In this document: in pieces, positions 1-11,141 of the stretch | Layout of the letters: each line of letters begins with the position of its first letter | How positions within the stretch are numbered: position 1 is the stretch's first letter | Assembly: GCA_040217195.1 (NCBI GenBank) | Contig: JAVJNR010000008.1 | Coordinates: forward strand, 128,001-192,000 | Direction: 5' to 3' | Length of the DNA: 64,000 nucleotides | Source of the DNA: Leptospiraceae bacterium | Lineage (GTDB): Bacteria > Spirochaetota > Leptospiria > Leptospirales > Leptonemataceae | The notes under the pieces: model-generated | Databases searched by the model: none | Told to the model about the DNA's origin: nothing | The model's input: the letters and a program-made list of their open reading frames with translations, nothing else | Made by a program: the position numbers and the translations under genes

Positions 1-2025
1 TTCTGAGTCCCCGTTTTCCGGCGAATCGGTCTTTGCTGGAGGATATAGTCTGTTCCATTTCTGGATCAAGGGAAAGGATCCCGGATTTTCCTTTTCCATC
101 TGCTGGATTCGCTGCAATAGCTTGCGAAATTCCGGGTTGTCTGTACCTTTTTCAACGTTGATTTCTACATACGCTTGAAGTAGTCTGAGATTCTGAGGAT
201 GCTTGTTCAGCAAAGCCTCCAATCGCTTCAATGCTTTTTCCGGCTGGTCTATTCTTTCCAGTTCTGTCAGAGCAAGAGCAGCATTTACATTATCCGGATG
301 ATTCTTGACTGTGTCGTTTAGTAGTTTACGGGCCTTTAGGGAATCGTCTCTGGCGTAGATTTGAGCCAGGGCAGTCATCATATCCGGATCGTTTCCATAC
401 AGACTTCTAATTCTTTCTTCATAGACTGCAAAGCTTGTGGCGGTTTCGCTTTGCTGCGCGATGGAAGCAGCAAGTATCAAACCTCTTTTGTCAGCAGGAT
501 CCTCTTTCAGTATTCTTAAAGTCTGGGCATAGGCAGCCGAAGAATCTCCATTTCTAAATGCCTCTCTGGCCTGAATAAGATGAAAGTCCTTTCGATCCTC
601 GCCGGTAAGATGGCTGTATCCCCGTTGTTTTTCCAGAATATCCATGGCCGCTGAGAAATCCTGGGCCGGGGTAGGGGATGACTCCTTTTTAGCATCAGCA
701 ATGTTATTGGCTGGATTGGCTGAATCTTCTGGATTCGCATTTTCTTCGGATGATTCGGGATTGTCTGTTTCAGTTCTGTCGCCACTGGACGGCTGTTTTT
801 CCAAAGCAGGCTTCGAATCGGAACTGGTAGAGTTCTCTGAGTCCGGATTCTGATTTTTTTCAGACTCTGGCGATGGCCGTTCATCGATGCTGGAATTCTG
901 CGGACTTCCGGGGCTTGCCTGAGTAATCATTGCCAGATTTAATGCAGGAAGTGCTTTATCTTTTAATTCCAGGTCTTTTCGATTTATTTGCTTTCGCAAC
1001 AGATTTCGCGCCGCAGCAGTCTGTCCTTTCTCGGAATAGATTTCGGATAGCTCCGCTGAAATGCGAGGATCATCGCTGTGTCGATTGGCCTCTTCCAGAA
1101 TTCGACTGGCCCTATCATAATTTTTCTGCTCTTTTTGAATGGCAGCCAGGTTCAGTACTGTGGTTAATCTTTCCGGATGTGTTTCCAGAGATCTGGCAAT
1201 GTCGAGAAAAGCCTTATCGGAATCTGAGGACTCTTCGCTGTTTGATTCTGGATCACTGGAATCAGAAACATTATTCTTGCCAGGGACAGGATTGGCCCCT
1301 GGACGTTGTGGTTCCACGGAATTTAATAGCTTATCTAGATCTAGCGGCTGCTGCGCAGTGGAATCTTCCGCTTCCGATCCAGGCTCTTCTTTCAAATACT
1401 GGATGGCCTGTTGAATGGCCACTTTCTGTGGATCCTGAGGTTTTAAGGTAAGATATTTCTCCCAGTGCTGCGCTGCCTCTCTGCGATTATCTTCCAGTTT
1501 CCAGGAAACCAGACCCAGATAGAATACAGCGGGAGGAAAATCCGGATAATGCTCCAGGGATTGCTGTAGATGAGTTCTAGCCTCACGATTCTCCTTTTTT
1601 AGATATGCGATCTGGCCCAGCCTGAACTCGGACTTATGCTTTTCTTCACCAATCTCTGCTGCGATGCGAAAGTGATGCTCTGCTTCATCCAGTTTTTTCT
1701 GAATCAGGTAAATATCCCCTGCATAGCTATGGGCCCTGGAATGCTCTGGATTATTCTGGAGTACTCGAAGAAATAATGCCAACGACGTATTGTACCGACG
1801 AGAGAAGAAATGTTCTTCGGCTCTTTCAAAGAGCGATTCAGGCTCTTCAGCCCCTTCTGGCTGTTCTGCGCCGCCTGCCGGCGGTGCTGGAGACTCCGTA
1901 TTTCTCCACAGTTTCTCTGTATTGGTTCGGTTAAGTGGACTGGCATTCAGGTAATACTTGAAAGAAAGACCGGCCGAAATTAGGATGTACGAACAGAGAG
2001 ATAGAATAAGTAGCCTGCCCGTCAT
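1..2025 (-). CDS. TPR-repeat exported protein, partial (runs off the left edge)
   Basis: Manually translated; not in the ORF track. ATG at 2025, MTGRLLILSLCSYILISAG (signal/TM), then TPR-like helices (LALFLRVLQNNPEHSRAHSYAGDIY; LQQSLEHYPDFPPAVFYLGLV) and acidic Ser/Pro-rich linkers; no stop before base 1. Confidence 0.85.
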   Translation of the reverse strand, partial: MTGRLLILSLCSYILISAGLSFKYYLNASPLNRTNTEKLWRNTESPAPPAGGAEQPEGAEEPESLFERAEEHFFSRRYNTSLALFLRVLQNNPEHSRAHSYAGDIYLIQKKLDEAEHHFRIAAEIGEEKHKSEFRLGQIAYLKKENREARTHLQQSLEHYPDFPPAVFYLGLVSWKLEDNRREAAQHWEKYLTLKPQDPQKVAIQQAIQYLKEEPGSEAEDSTAQQPLDLDKLLNSVEPQRPGANPVPGKNNVSDSSDPESNSEESSDSDKAFLDIARSLETHPERLTTVLNLAAIQKEQKNYDRASRILEEANRHSDDPRISAELSEIYSEKGQTAAARNLLRKQINRKDLELKDKALPALNLAMITQASPGSPQNSSIDERPSPESEKNQNPDSENSTSSDSKPALEKQPSSGDRTETDNPESSEENANPEDSANPANNIADAKKESSPTPAQDFSAAMDILEKQRGYSHLTGEDRKDFHLIQAREAFRNGDSSAAYAQTLRILKEDPADKRGLILAASIAQQSETATSFAVYEERIRSLYGNDPDMMTALAQIYARDDSLKARKLLNDTVKNHPDNVNAALALTELERIDQPEKALKRLEALLNKHPQNLRLLQAYVEINVEKGTDNPEFRKLLQRIQQMEKENPGSFPLIQKWNRLYPPAKTDSPENGDSE

Positions 2026-2122
2026 GTAGTTAGTATCGGGCTTTTTGAAAAAAATTCAATGCCGGTAGGCTTCTTTAAGGCAAAAAGCGACGGTTCTGGC
2101 TGCGGAGCCAAACAGGAAGATT

Positions 2123-3304
2123 ATGAGCACTACTACAGCAGTGGGGGGAAAGGATCCATTTGTACGACTTCCGGCCAGTATCATTTTCACGCCCCGTGGG
2201 CTGGAGCTGGTGGGATCATCGCCTGCATTAAAAAAGGTGAATTCCAGGGATGGACTACCCAAAGAGGGTCTGGAGTCGGATAGCTACAACGCGCAGACGA
2301 TTCAGAAACTTGTAATGAAGTCTTGCATTGAGGAGATCAATGTCAATCTGCCGGATCTTCTAAGAAAGCGTTTTGAGATCATCAGCACCAATAATCTGAT
2401 TGTTTATGGTGTTCTCTATAAGAAGCTAACTCCCTCACTGGCCAGGACTCTATTCGAATCCAGCGTTGTAAAAGAATACAATCGTAAGAATCCCAAAAAC
2501 TCTATTGTAGATTTGAATCATATTTCTCCTCAGAAAGTGGAGGCATTGCAGCAGAACAATCCACAGCTAATTGAAGGGATGAAGAAAAATCTCCGCGAAA
2601 TTATTACGGAAAAGATCCTGGGCTCTACCGCCCTCAGCGAAGAGGATCAGCAGGCCAGGGTTCGAGCTCTACCTAGATTTCTGGACCGGGTGGATCCACG
2701 AATCTGGTTTATATTCTATGTGATTTCTCATACAGGTTTTAAGTCTGCCATAGAGAGAACCTTTGCATCCATGATTTATTCCTATCTGCAGCATACTCAG
2801 ATAGCAACCCATCTAAGCAATCTTTTGATGGAGTTTGTGCAGAATGCAGAAAAAGCCCACTTCGAACGATTGATTGTCCGTCATAACCTGGCAGACCGGG
2901 GCGGAGTGGACAGCTTTCTGCGAGATGCGGAAAATCGAAAGAAGGTTATAGCTCTGGCACAGAAAACCTCTCAGATGCTTGAGCTTTCCTGGACCATGAA
3001 TCCAGAAAGAAATACCATCGGTCAGCAATACAGAATCCTGATTTCTGTGTCCAACTACGGCATCATCGATGAAAGACTGTCGCAGCAGCTGGCGCGTAAG
3101 ATGAAAACCAATACGGATGGCATTAACCTGGCATCCTTTTATGGAAGCGAAGAAGAGGATGGAAAGCTGGGTGCCGGTCTGGGTCTGCTCTACAACTCCT
3201 ATCTGGAAGACATCTGTCGCCAGGAAGGGATCCAATATCGCTGTAATATATATCCGGAGCCTCGCAAAGAAAAAACTACAGTGCGAATCGATATGACTCT
3301 CTAG
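2123..3304 (+). CDS. Hypothetical protein with C-terminal GHKL/HATPase-like motifs
   Basis: 393-aa ORF; N-box-like LLMEFVQNAEKAH, VSNYG, G2-like GAGLGL. Confidence 0.6.
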   Translation: MSTTTAVGGKDPFVRLPASIIFTPRGLELVGSSPALKKVNSRDGLPKEGLESDSYNAQTIQKLVMKSCIEEINVNLPDLLRKRFEIISTNNLIVYGVLYKKLTPSLARTLFESSVVKEYNRKNPKNSIVDLNHISPQKVEALQQNNPQLIEGMKKNLREIITEKILGSTALSEEDQQARVRALPRFLDRVDPRIWFIFYVISHTGFKSAIERTFASMIYSYLQHTQIATHLSNLLMEFVQNAEKAHFERLIVRHNLADRGGVDSFLRDAENRKKVIALAQKTSQMLELSWTMNPERNTIGQQYRILISVSNYGIIDERLSQQLARKMKTNTDGINLASFYGSEEEDGKLGAGLGLLYNSYLEDICRQEGIQYRCNIYPEPRKEKTTVRIDMTL

Positions 3305-3552
3305 GTTTTGTGCTCAAACCCTCATAAATTGAACAATGATATATTGCCTGTGAGAGCCCCGAGCCTTTGCTCGGTGGACCTTACCAGAGATGGTCGTTGA
3401 CTGAAGCTGGTTTTACCCACGGTCCCATTGGAGCCCCATCGTGCATGCCCTTCAAAAGCCGGTAGAGAATTACATCCTGAAATAGGAGAGCCTGGACTGG
3501 ACAATGAGCCATGTCTGCAATCCTGCCAGTAGCTGAATTGCAGTAATCGAGA

Positions 3553-4536
3553 TTACAGACCTTTCACTGGCTGCAGTATTCCGGACCCCTGTAGCATATC
3601 GATGTTGAGTATGGCCAGGCTTACAATCGTTCCAATGACTATTGTAATGGCTCCGATGAGCAAAGTCAGAAAGATAGTATTGCTCAAAATACGAAATCCC
3701 AGAAATGCAGGAGGGGCCAGCAATGATTTCTCCTCACCTGCCATGGCCGAAACCTTGCTGTAGCTGTATAAATAGAAAACTGCAAGTGCAATCAGTGCAG
3801 CAATGAGCAAGATACCAAAGTATCCAGGGAAGGAAAGCTGCAACTTGTATAGAGGAAGAAGTAGAACGTTGCTGATTAAAGCTCCGGAAAGAGTAATCAG
3901 GATAAGCTGCAAGGTAACAGTCAATCCTCCGGAGATTCGTTGTTTTTGAACAGTACCTCTTTTCTGTAAGAAGTCCAGAAAGGATCGTCCGCCGGATACA
4001 GGATCCAGGCGCATCTTCTGGTAGAGTAGCATTCCAATACCGATTGCAAGTAGTATGGTTTCTGGAATTACATGATTGTACAGAGTTACGGTAAAATTTA
4101 TGCCCAGCGCTTTACTTCGCGCCACCAGTAAAATGGCAAGCAGGATGGCGATGGAAGGTCCCAGAATGACCTGCAGCATGGGACGGTAGAACCAGTATCC
4201 CCGGGCGCCTGCCAGAAAACAAAACATCAAAAGCACACACCAGAAGGCACTAACAGCAAGATAGAAGCGATCGGCCACCGCGGATCGCTCCACTGCGCGA
4301 AATACCTCGGAAGGCCGGGCATCGCTTTCCAATAGAGGATCGCCCATTACCGATAGAAATCTGGATTCCAGTACCAGACGCCCCATCAGACCACTTTCAA
4401 ATATTACACTGGGTTCCTCGCTCAGAGGTGCTTCCGGGCCCGGCTCATGATAGGCCGGTCGGCCGGTGATGAATGTCAAAAAATACAGGAAGAATGGAAT
4501 CAGAAGCAGGGCCGATTTCTGGAACATGGATTGCAA
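3553..4536 (-). CDS. Polytopic membrane protein
   Basis: 327-aa ORF with many hydrophobic segments. Confidence 0.7.
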   Translation of the reverse strand: MQSMFQKSALLLIPFFLYFLTFITGRPAYHEPGPEAPLSEEPSVIFESGLMGRLVLESRFLSVMGDPLLESDARPSEVFRAVERSAVADRFYLAVSAFWCVLLMFCFLAGARGYWFYRPMLQVILGPSIAILLAILLVARSKALGINFTVTLYNHVIPETILLAIGIGMLLYQKMRLDPVSGGRSFLDFLQKRGTVQKQRISGGLTVTLQLILITLSGALISNVLLLPLYKLQLSFPGYFGILLIAALIALAVFYLYSYSKVSAMAGEEKSLLAPPAFLGFRILSNTIFLTLLIGAITIVIGTIVSLAILNIDMLQGSGILQPVKGL

Positions 4537-4728
4537 CCTGGAATGAGCGCTTTCTGTGTCAGTGATTTTTCCATTTTCGGGTCAGGATTGCTGATTGGAA
4601 ACCGGCGGAGGAAAGGCCATCACTGGCCAGAACCGGAGAGGAATGGAGCTAAACAATACCGGCCCCGGGCAGTATCGAACATAAAAGCCTCCTTGACTCC
4701 CTTTATTGCCGTCGGACTTTGCCAATCT

Positions 4729-6063
4729 GTGTTTCGCTCCCGATTCAGTCTGGAATTATTTATAGCTGCAAGGTATCTGCGCGGGCAGGGACGGATGGTC
4801 CTGTTCAGCCTGGGCACCCGGTTATCGTTTATCTTTATGGCCCTGATGGTATTCATCATGGTAGTGGTGCTTTCTGTTTTCACTGGATTTCAGAAAGAAG
4901 TGCATAACTCACTGTGGAACTCCGGCTATCATATTACTTTGAGCCGCAGTCTGGCCGGTGCTTCACTGGATAACTATTCACAGATCCTCGAGTCTACCTC
5001 CGGGGAAGAGGCTCTGGCCCCTCTATTGCGCTCCAGCTTTCCCAGTATTTCTATAAATGGACTTCTGGAAATCCAGAATCGATTTGAAGGAAAGGCCATT
5101 CGAGCCCTACCTGTGCGCAAGGAAGACCTGAAAACCGGAGATCTGAAGGACTTTCCCCGAATTGTTCACTACAATCAGGATTTGCTCGATCGGTTCGATG
5201 GAGGAAACATTGTAATTGTAGGCCGGGAAATGGCGCGCTACTATCACTGGGAGGTGGGCGATCAGATCCGACTGTTTATGCCCAGAGGCGGTGCTCTTAC
5301 AAAGGGCATGCAGGTCCAGCAGCAGGTATTTACCATTGGTGGCTTCTTTCGCACCGGGTATTATGAATTTGATCTAAATCTAATCTTTCTTTCTCTCAAC
5401 ACAGCGCAACGAGTACTGGGCCTGCCCAATCGCAGCACAGAAGTGATTTTCCAGCTGGAGAATCTGTCTGATCTGGATGTAGCGCGAAGAATGATTCGAG
5501 AATCTCTTCCTGGAAATCAATATCTATATTCCATTCGAACGATTCGAGATGAACGGGGTAACTTTTTGGCCGCTCTGCAGCTGGAAAAGACTTTGATGGT
5601 GATGATTCTGGGACTTCTGATTCTGGCAGGCGTAGCTGGAATCTGGGTAACATCCTATCTTCTTGTGCGCTCCAAGAGTCGCTCCATCGGTATGCTTCGC
5701 TCCATGGGACTTCCCACCGGCTCTGTTCTAATCATATTTACAGCCCATTCCCTGCTCATTGGATTACTGGCCACCGCGGTTGGTGGAGCCACGGGGATTT
5801 TCATGGCCAACCATCTGGAAAGTGTGATACAGCTTGTGGAGGATATGATCAACTCTGCCTGTATCTGGTGGTCTGGCAGTTGCGCACCGGTGCATTTAAT
5901 ACCCAGAAATATCTACTACTTCGATCATTTACCTGTTAACGCAGACTTGAATATCATTTTTGGAGTGGCATTGACCACAATGATTCTCAGTGGCTTTGCA
6001 GGGTTCTTTCCGGCCCGTCAGGCAGCCTTGCAGGATCCGGTGCAAACCATTCGAAATGACTGA
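4729..6063 (+). CDS. lolE: Lipoprotein-releasing ABC transporter permease (LolC/E, FtsX-like)
   Basis: LELFIAARYLRG N-terminus, TM, periplasmic domain, ALQLEK..., three C-terminal TMs ending FPARQAALQDPVQTIRND. The track start at 4447 overlaps the divergent gene; the in-frame GTG at 4729 is more plausible. Confidence 0.85.
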   Translation: MFRSRFSLELFIAARYLRGQGRMVLFSLGTRLSFIFMALMVFIMVVVLSVFTGFQKEVHNSLWNSGYHITLSRSLAGASLDNYSQILESTSGEEALAPLLRSSFPSISINGLLEIQNRFEGKAIRALPVRKEDLKTGDLKDFPRIVHYNQDLLDRFDGGNIVIVGREMARYYHWEVGDQIRLFMPRGGALTKGMQVQQQVFTIGGFFRTGYYEFDLNLIFLSLNTAQRVLGLPNRSTEVIFQLENLSDLDVARRMIRESLPGNQYLYSIRTIRDERGNFLAALQLEKTLMVMILGLLILAGVAGIWVTSYLLVRSKSRSIGMLRSMGLPTGSVLIIFTAHSLLIGLLATAVGGATGIFMANHLESVIQLVEDMINSACIWWSGSCAPVHLIPRNIYYFDHLPVNADLNIIFGVALTTMILSGFAGFFPARQAALQDPVQTIRND

Positions 6064-6099
6064 TAGTGCGAAGGGAAGATTGGGAGATCTAGCAGCAGC

Positions 6100-6786
6100 A
6101 TGAGTGAATTACCAGCCATAGAAATTGAAAAGATGTCCAAGTCCTACCGGGGCGAAGGAGAAATTGTTCACGTAATTCGAGAGCTGGATCTAGCTGTGGG
6201 AGCAGGGGAAATTGTTTCTGTGGAAGGGGCCAGTGGCGTGGGAAAATCTACTCTGCTGCATATCGTGGGCTCCATCGACACTCCAGTAGAAGGCAAAGTG
6301 AGAATCTTCGGAGAAGAGATCACTTCCATGAATGAAAGACAGAAAGAAAACTTTCGCGCAGGCAACGTAGGATTAATTTTTCAGCATCATTATTTGCTTC
6401 CAGACTTTACGGTACTGGAAAACGTGATTATGCCTCTGTGGATTCAGCGAAAGAATGTTACCCGAAGCACAGATAATGCTATTGAGATGCTAAAGAATGT
6501 AGGTCTGGGGCACCGATTGCATCATTATCCTTCGCAGATTTCGGGCGGGGAAATGGCCAGGGCCGGAGTAGCCCGTGCTCTTGTGGGCGGTAAGAAATTA
6601 ATTCTGGCCGATGAACCCACTGGAAACCTGGACCGGGATAATTCGGAAAAACTGGCCGACCTATTATGGCAGTTGCAGCAAGAGCTTGGATTTACTATGT
6701 TAATAGTAACCCATGATCAAGATCTAGCTCGCAGGGTGCCCCGGAGGTATCGCCTGAAGGAAGGACATCTAGAATCCTTTTCTTGA
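6100..6786 (+). CDS. lolD: Lipoprotein-releasing ABC transporter ATPase
   Basis: Walker A GASGVGKST, signature ISGGE, LILADEPTGNLD, VTHD; follows the permease. Confidence 0.9.
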   Translation: MSELPAIEIEKMSKSYRGEGEIVHVIRELDLAVGAGEIVSVEGASGVGKSTLLHIVGSIDTPVEGKVRIFGEEITSMNERQKENFRAGNVGLIFQHHYLLPDFTVLENVIMPLWIQRKNVTRSTDNAIEMLKNVGLGHRLHHYPSQISGGEMARAGVARALVGGKKLILADEPTGNLDRDNSEKLADLLWQLQQELGFTMLIVTHDQDLARRVPRRYRLKEGHLESFS

Positions 6787-6867
6787 GATCCGAATCCTAC
6801 GCTCGAAACTGGAGAGGGTAAATACAGGAGTAATTAGCCACAGTATCAGGCATCTGGAATTACAAGA

Positions 6868-7881
6868 ATGATTTGTCCTACCTGTCAGAGTGAATCCTCA
6901 GTCCATATTTTCGATCCCCAGGCCGGGCAAATGATGTATTATTGCCAGACCTGCAAGAAAGCTATAATCCCTGAAAATTCAATTAAATGCCCTGGCTGCG
7001 GAATATCGGAATACAGTTTTCTGAGTAACGGTCTATGCGGCTGCGAAGATTGCTACAGTGTATTTCGTGGTTCTATTATCCAGGGTATTGAATCCTATCG
7101 CAAATCCATATTTCAAAAAGCAGGTCGTTACCGGGTTCCAGGCCGTAACGCCATGGCCAGACTGCAGACCTATTTTGAAATAATGAAAGAGCAACCGGAT
7201 CCAGAGCAAATACTGCCTACTGGTGCGGACTCCTGGTCCGATGCGCCGGAACTGGGTCCGGATCAGGTTCAAATCCGGGTTCGGATGGCAAGAAACGTTC
7301 CTGGACTTAGCTACCGAGATGGCTTGAAGCAGACTGAGAATCTAAGACGAATCTTTTTGAGTGATCGGGGGTTTCTGTCCGGATTGGAATGGCCGGAAAA
7401 TAACCGAATCAGTCAGCAGGTAGCTGTGGGGGATGAAGATCATTTTCGCTTTAGCTGGAGCTGGGTATCATCCGGGGACCTGGCAGAGGCGGAGCGTCAT
7501 CTGGGTAGGATTATACGGCAGATTCGTAAACTGGATCGTGCTTTTGTATGGCAATACTCTACAATTTTTGGCTTTCTCACAGGTTGTCCGACCAACAGCG
7601 GATCCGGATTACGGATGTCTGCCAGAGTACGCATTCCTGCACTTCTGGAGGACCCGTCCTGGCTGCGCTGGAAGAAAGAATTGCACCGGGCCGGGTTCGA
7701 AGTCAGGCCAGGTAGCGGTGAAAAATCCTTTCCGGACGGCCAGCATATCCAGCTGGCCACCAGGCATATTTCCGGCCCCGCCGGATTTCGTTCCGTTCTG
7801 GAGCGGTTTAGAATCTATTTAGCTCGTCTAATGGTACGAGAGCAAAAGATCGGCGAAAAAATTCTTGCTCATAATGGTTAA
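6868..7881 (+). CDS. mcsB: McsA-like zinc domain fused to McsB-like ATP:guanido phosphotransferase (protein-arginine kinase family)
   Basis: Four CxxC motifs in the first 62 aa; then IRVRMARN, GDEDHFR, GFLTGCPTNSGSGLR; directly upstream of clpC. Confidence 0.75.
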   Translation: MICPTCQSESSVHIFDPQAGQMMYYCQTCKKAIIPENSIKCPGCGISEYSFLSNGLCGCEDCYSVFRGSIIQGIESYRKSIFQKAGRYRVPGRNAMARLQTYFEIMKEQPDPEQILPTGADSWSDAPELGPDQVQIRVRMARNVPGLSYRDGLKQTENLRRIFLSDRGFLSGLEWPENNRISQQVAVGDEDHFRFSWSWVSSGDLAEAERHLGRIIRQIRKLDRAFVWQYSTIFGFLTGCPTNSGSGLRMSARVRIPALLEDPSWLRWKKELHRAGFEVRPGSGEKSFPDGQHIQLATRHISGPAGFRSVLERFRIYLARLMVREQKIGEKILAHNG

Positions 7882-7988
7882 CAATGCCATTGAACAGGGT
7901 GTACCGCCGAGAATAAAAAAGACGGTGACACTGCCCTGTGACATAGTTTTTATTGTACAGACGTTCCCTTCCCAGTAGGAGTCTCCCC

Positions 7989-10598
7989 ATGTTTGATTTT
8001 ACCAAGAGAGCCAAGAGAGTCATTAACGAATACGCGCAGCAGGAAGCCAAGCGCCTGGGCCATGATATGATAGGTCCGGAGCATATCCTGCTGGGATTGC
8101 TCCGGGAAGAAGACTCTGTGGCTATCAAGATCCTGAAGAACCTGAGTATCGATCTCAATGAACTCCGCAAAGAGGTGGAGCGCCGGGCTCGCCAGGGCGG
8201 AAATACACTGCTTCTGGAAATTACTCCCAATCCAGATAAATATCAGAAGATCATAGATTATTCCAAAGAAGAAGCCCGCCGACTGAAGCATAACTATGTG
8301 GGCACCGAGCACATACTTCTGGCATTGCTCCGAGATAATAACAATGTAGCCGGAGCATCTCTGGCAAGCTTCCAGGTTAACTACTCAGTTATCAAAGGAG
8401 AGATCCTTAGAATTCTGGGTGTGGCCACCAGCGGTCCTGCGCCCAGCGGACGTACTGGAACTACGGAAAAATCTCGCACTCCTACACTGGATGAGTTTGC
8501 CCGGGACCTTACCCAGTTTGCCCGGGACAAAAAGCTAGAGCCAGTGATCGGTCGTGAAATGGAAATTCAGCGCCTGGTTCAGGTGCTCTGCCGCAAGACC
8601 AAAAACAATCCTGTGCTAATTGGTGAAGCTGGAGTTGGCAAGACTGCCATCGTTGAAGGCCTGGCTGAACGAATTATTCAAAATCAGGTTCCAGATATTC
8701 TTTTCGAAAAGAGAGTCATTTCTCTGGACCTGGCCTCTCTGGTAGCCGGAACCAAATACCGTGGTGAGTTTGAAGATCGACTGAAAAAGATCATGCGAGA
8801 AATTCAAAGCTCCCAGAATGTAATTGTATTTATCGATGAGTTGCACACTCTAATCGGCGCCGGAGCAGCGGAAGGAGCCATAGATGCGGCTAACATGCTC
8901 AAGCCAGCGCTGGCAAGAGGGGAGCTGCAATGCATTGGAGCAACAACTCTTACCGAGTACAGAAAATACATTGAGAAGGACTCAGCTCTTGAGCGTCGCT
9001 TCCAGCCTATCCAGGTAAAAGAACCTTCCAAGGAAGATGCCTATCTGATTCTCAAAGGTCTGAAAAAGTCCTTCGAGCAACATCACCGGGTTCGCTATTC
9101 CGATGACACCCTGGAGCTTGCGGTTAAACTTGCAGAGCGCTATATCAATGACAGATTCCTTCCGGATAAAGCCATCGATGTAATCGATGAAGCTGGTTCC
9201 AGGGCTCGTCTGGCCAACTCATCCAGACCACAGGAAATTGTAGATCTGGAAGAAGAGATCAAGATTCTTACTCAGAAGAAAGACGATATGGTCAAAGCTC
9301 AGGAATACGAGCGAGCAGCTCAGATCCGAGATGAAATCAACGTCAAGAAGGATCAGCTTCAGGAGCTAATCAACAACTGGCAGGAAAAGATCTCTGACTA
9401 TTCTGTAGATATTTCCGACGAAGATGTATATTCCGTAATCAGTTTATGGACTGGAATTCCTCTCGAGAAAATCGAAGAGGGAGAGGCAGAAAAACTGCTT
9501 CGCATGGAGCAGGAGCTGGCTCGCCGAATTGTGGGGCAGGTCGGCGCTGTGGAGCTGGTAAGTCGGGCGGTTCGTCGTTCCAGAACTGGATTCAAAGATC
9601 ATAGAAAACCATCCGGTTCCTTTATTTTCCTGGGACCTACCGGAGTGGGAAAAACGGAACTGGCCCGGGCTGTAGCAGATTTTCTGTTCGGTGAAGAGCA
9701 GGCTCTGTTCCGTCTGGATATGTCCGAATACATGGAGCCCCATTCAGTTTCCAAACTAATTGGATCCCCTCCCGGATACGTGGGCTATGACGATGCAGGT
9801 CAGCTAACAGAATTCGTAAGAAGACATCCTTATTCAGTGATTCTATTCGATGAGATTGAAAAGGCGCATCCGGATGTATTTAACATACTACTGCAAATTC
9901 TGGAAGAGGGAACTCTAACCGATACCCATGGTCGCAAAGTGGATTTCCGTGACTGTATCATCATCATGACTTCCAACCTGGGAGCCCGGGAACTGCAGAA
10001 AGGCGGACGTGTGGGATTTGCAGAGGATGAATCCCTGCGAGAAACCGGTAAGAAGGAACAGGCCATGGAAGCTCTTAAGAAGCATTTCAGCCCTGAATTT
10101 CTTAACCGAATCGATGAAATTATCAGCTTTCATTCACTGAGCAGTCAGGAGATTCGCCAGATCATTGGTATCATGGTGGAACGTATGAACACTCAGCTCT
10201 TCGATAAGAAGATACTGCTTGAGCTGGATGATAAAGCGAAAGACTGGATCGCCAAGAAAGGATTCGATGAGAAATACGGAGCCAGACCTCTGCGCAGAAC
10301 ATTGCAGCGAGAGATTGAAGACCGTATGGCCCAGAGATTCCTGGAAGGTGCCTTTCGCGAGCCGACCATAGTTCTTGTAAGTTCCGAAGGGGAAGGAACC
10401 GCGGAAGCTCTTAGCTTCCAGGAGAATCCCTGGGGCGAATACGAAGAAATCGTCCGGCAAAAGGAAGAGGCAAAGAAGCAAAGAGAAGAAGAATTGCGAG
10501 CCAAAAGCCAGAACAACATCAAGATGTCTGGCGGAGTAACCGTTAGAAATTCCGATTCTCCCTCTGCCCGGCCGGCCAATACGGGTCAGGTGAGTTGA
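7989..10598 (+). CDS. clpC: ATP-dependent Clp protease ATP-binding subunit ClpC
   Basis: [11 protein letters not shown] start (ATG 7989), double Clp-N repeats, GEAGVGKT and GPTGVGKT Walker A motifs, UVR-like [15 protein letters not shown] ClpP-binding loop, GARPLRR. Confidence 0.95.
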   Translation: MFDFTKRAKRVINEYAQQEAKRLGHDMIGPEHILLGLLREEDSVAIKILKNLSIDLNELRKEVERRARQGGNTLLLEITPNPDKYQKIIDYSKEEARRLKHNYVGTEHILLALLRDNNNVAGASLASFQVNYSVIKGEILRILGVATSGPAPSGRTGTTEKSRTPTLDEFARDLTQFARDKKLEPVIGREMEIQRLVQVLCRKTKNNPVLIGEAGVGKTAIVEGLAERIIQNQVPDILFEKRVISLDLASLVAGTKYRGEFEDRLKKIMREIQSSQNVIVFIDELHTLIGAGAAEGAIDAANMLKPALARGELQCIGATTLTEYRKYIEKDSALERRFQPIQVKEPSKEDAYLILKGLKKSFEQHHRVRYSDDTLELAVKLAERYINDRFLPDKAIDVIDEAGSRARLANSSRPQEIVDLEEEIKILTQKKDDMVKAQEYERAAQIRDEINVKKDQLQELINNWQEKISDYSVDISDEDVYSVISLWTGIPLEKIEEGEAEKLLRMEQELARRIVGQVGAVELVSRAVRRSRTGFKDHRKPSGSFIFLGPTGVGKTELARAVADFLFGEEQALFRLDMSEYMEPHSVSKLIGSPPGYVGYDDAGQLTEFVRRHPYSVILFDEIEKAHPDVFNILLQILEEGTLTDTHGRKVDFRDCIIIMTSNLGARELQKGGRVGFAEDESLRETGKKEQAMEALKKHFSPEFLNRIDEIISFHSLSSQEIRQIIGIMVERMNTQLFDKKILLELDDKAKDWIAKKGFDEKYGARPLRRTLQREIEDRMAQRFLEGAFREPTIVLVSSEGEGTAEALSFQENPWGEYEEIVRQKEEAKKQREEELRAKSQNNIKMSGGVTVRNSDSPSARPANTGQVS

Positions 10599-11107
10599 GT
10601 CCAGTACAGACAATATCGGCATATCAAGTAGCCCTGGAATCCGGCTTTCTGCTGGCCGGATCGGCTGTTCTTTCCGGTATCTGTCTGTACCTTAGTGTGA
10701 AACTGGCTCGTTGGCGATGGCAGAAAGTTGCCAACGGGCATGCAGAAATCACAAGAATCAGACCGTATTATCGCAGACCCGTCATTCCTCGAAGTCGATT
10801 TGTAGAGATCGAATATTCCTTCAAGCATCGTCGAAATAGCTTCAGCGGAAGTGCCATCGTTCCAATACGACATTTCATTGCTGATCTAGGCCCTATTATC
10901 GCTCAGGATCCTCGAGTGGATGTGCCTGTTTTACATTGCGATCGAAATGCCAGGGTAGTCGGTGAAGAGGCCATAGAGCATTTCTTGCTGGAAGGAAAGA
11001 GTAAGGTTCAGATACGTTATTTGCTCCGGGACCCGGCCCGAAATTTCCTTGCCTCGTCGGAAGGTCGCAGAAAAAGCATAGTAAGGAAGCGCTCAAGACA
11101 TTCTTGA
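10595..11107 (+). CDS. Membrane-anchored hypothetical protein (DUF3592-like)
   Basis: N-terminal TM, then RWQKVANG...IEYSF...VQIRY..DP pattern; overlaps the clpC stop by 4 nt. Confidence 0.55.
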   Translation: MSPVQTISAYQVALESGFLLAGSAVLSGICLYLSVKLARWRWQKVANGHAEITRIRPYYRRPVIPRSRFVEIEYSFKHRRNSFSGSAIVPIRHFIADLGPIIAQDPRVDVPVLHCDRNARVVGEEAIEHFLLEGKSKVQIRYLLRDPARNFLASSEGRRKSIVRKRSRHS

Positions 11108-11141
11108 AAGTGTTTAGCTCCCGGAACACCGGATTAATCTT

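Noticed and set aside
4447..4728. N-terminal extension of the LolC/E ORF
   Set aside because: Overlaps the divergent gene and intergenic DNA; family-like sequence begins near 4729.
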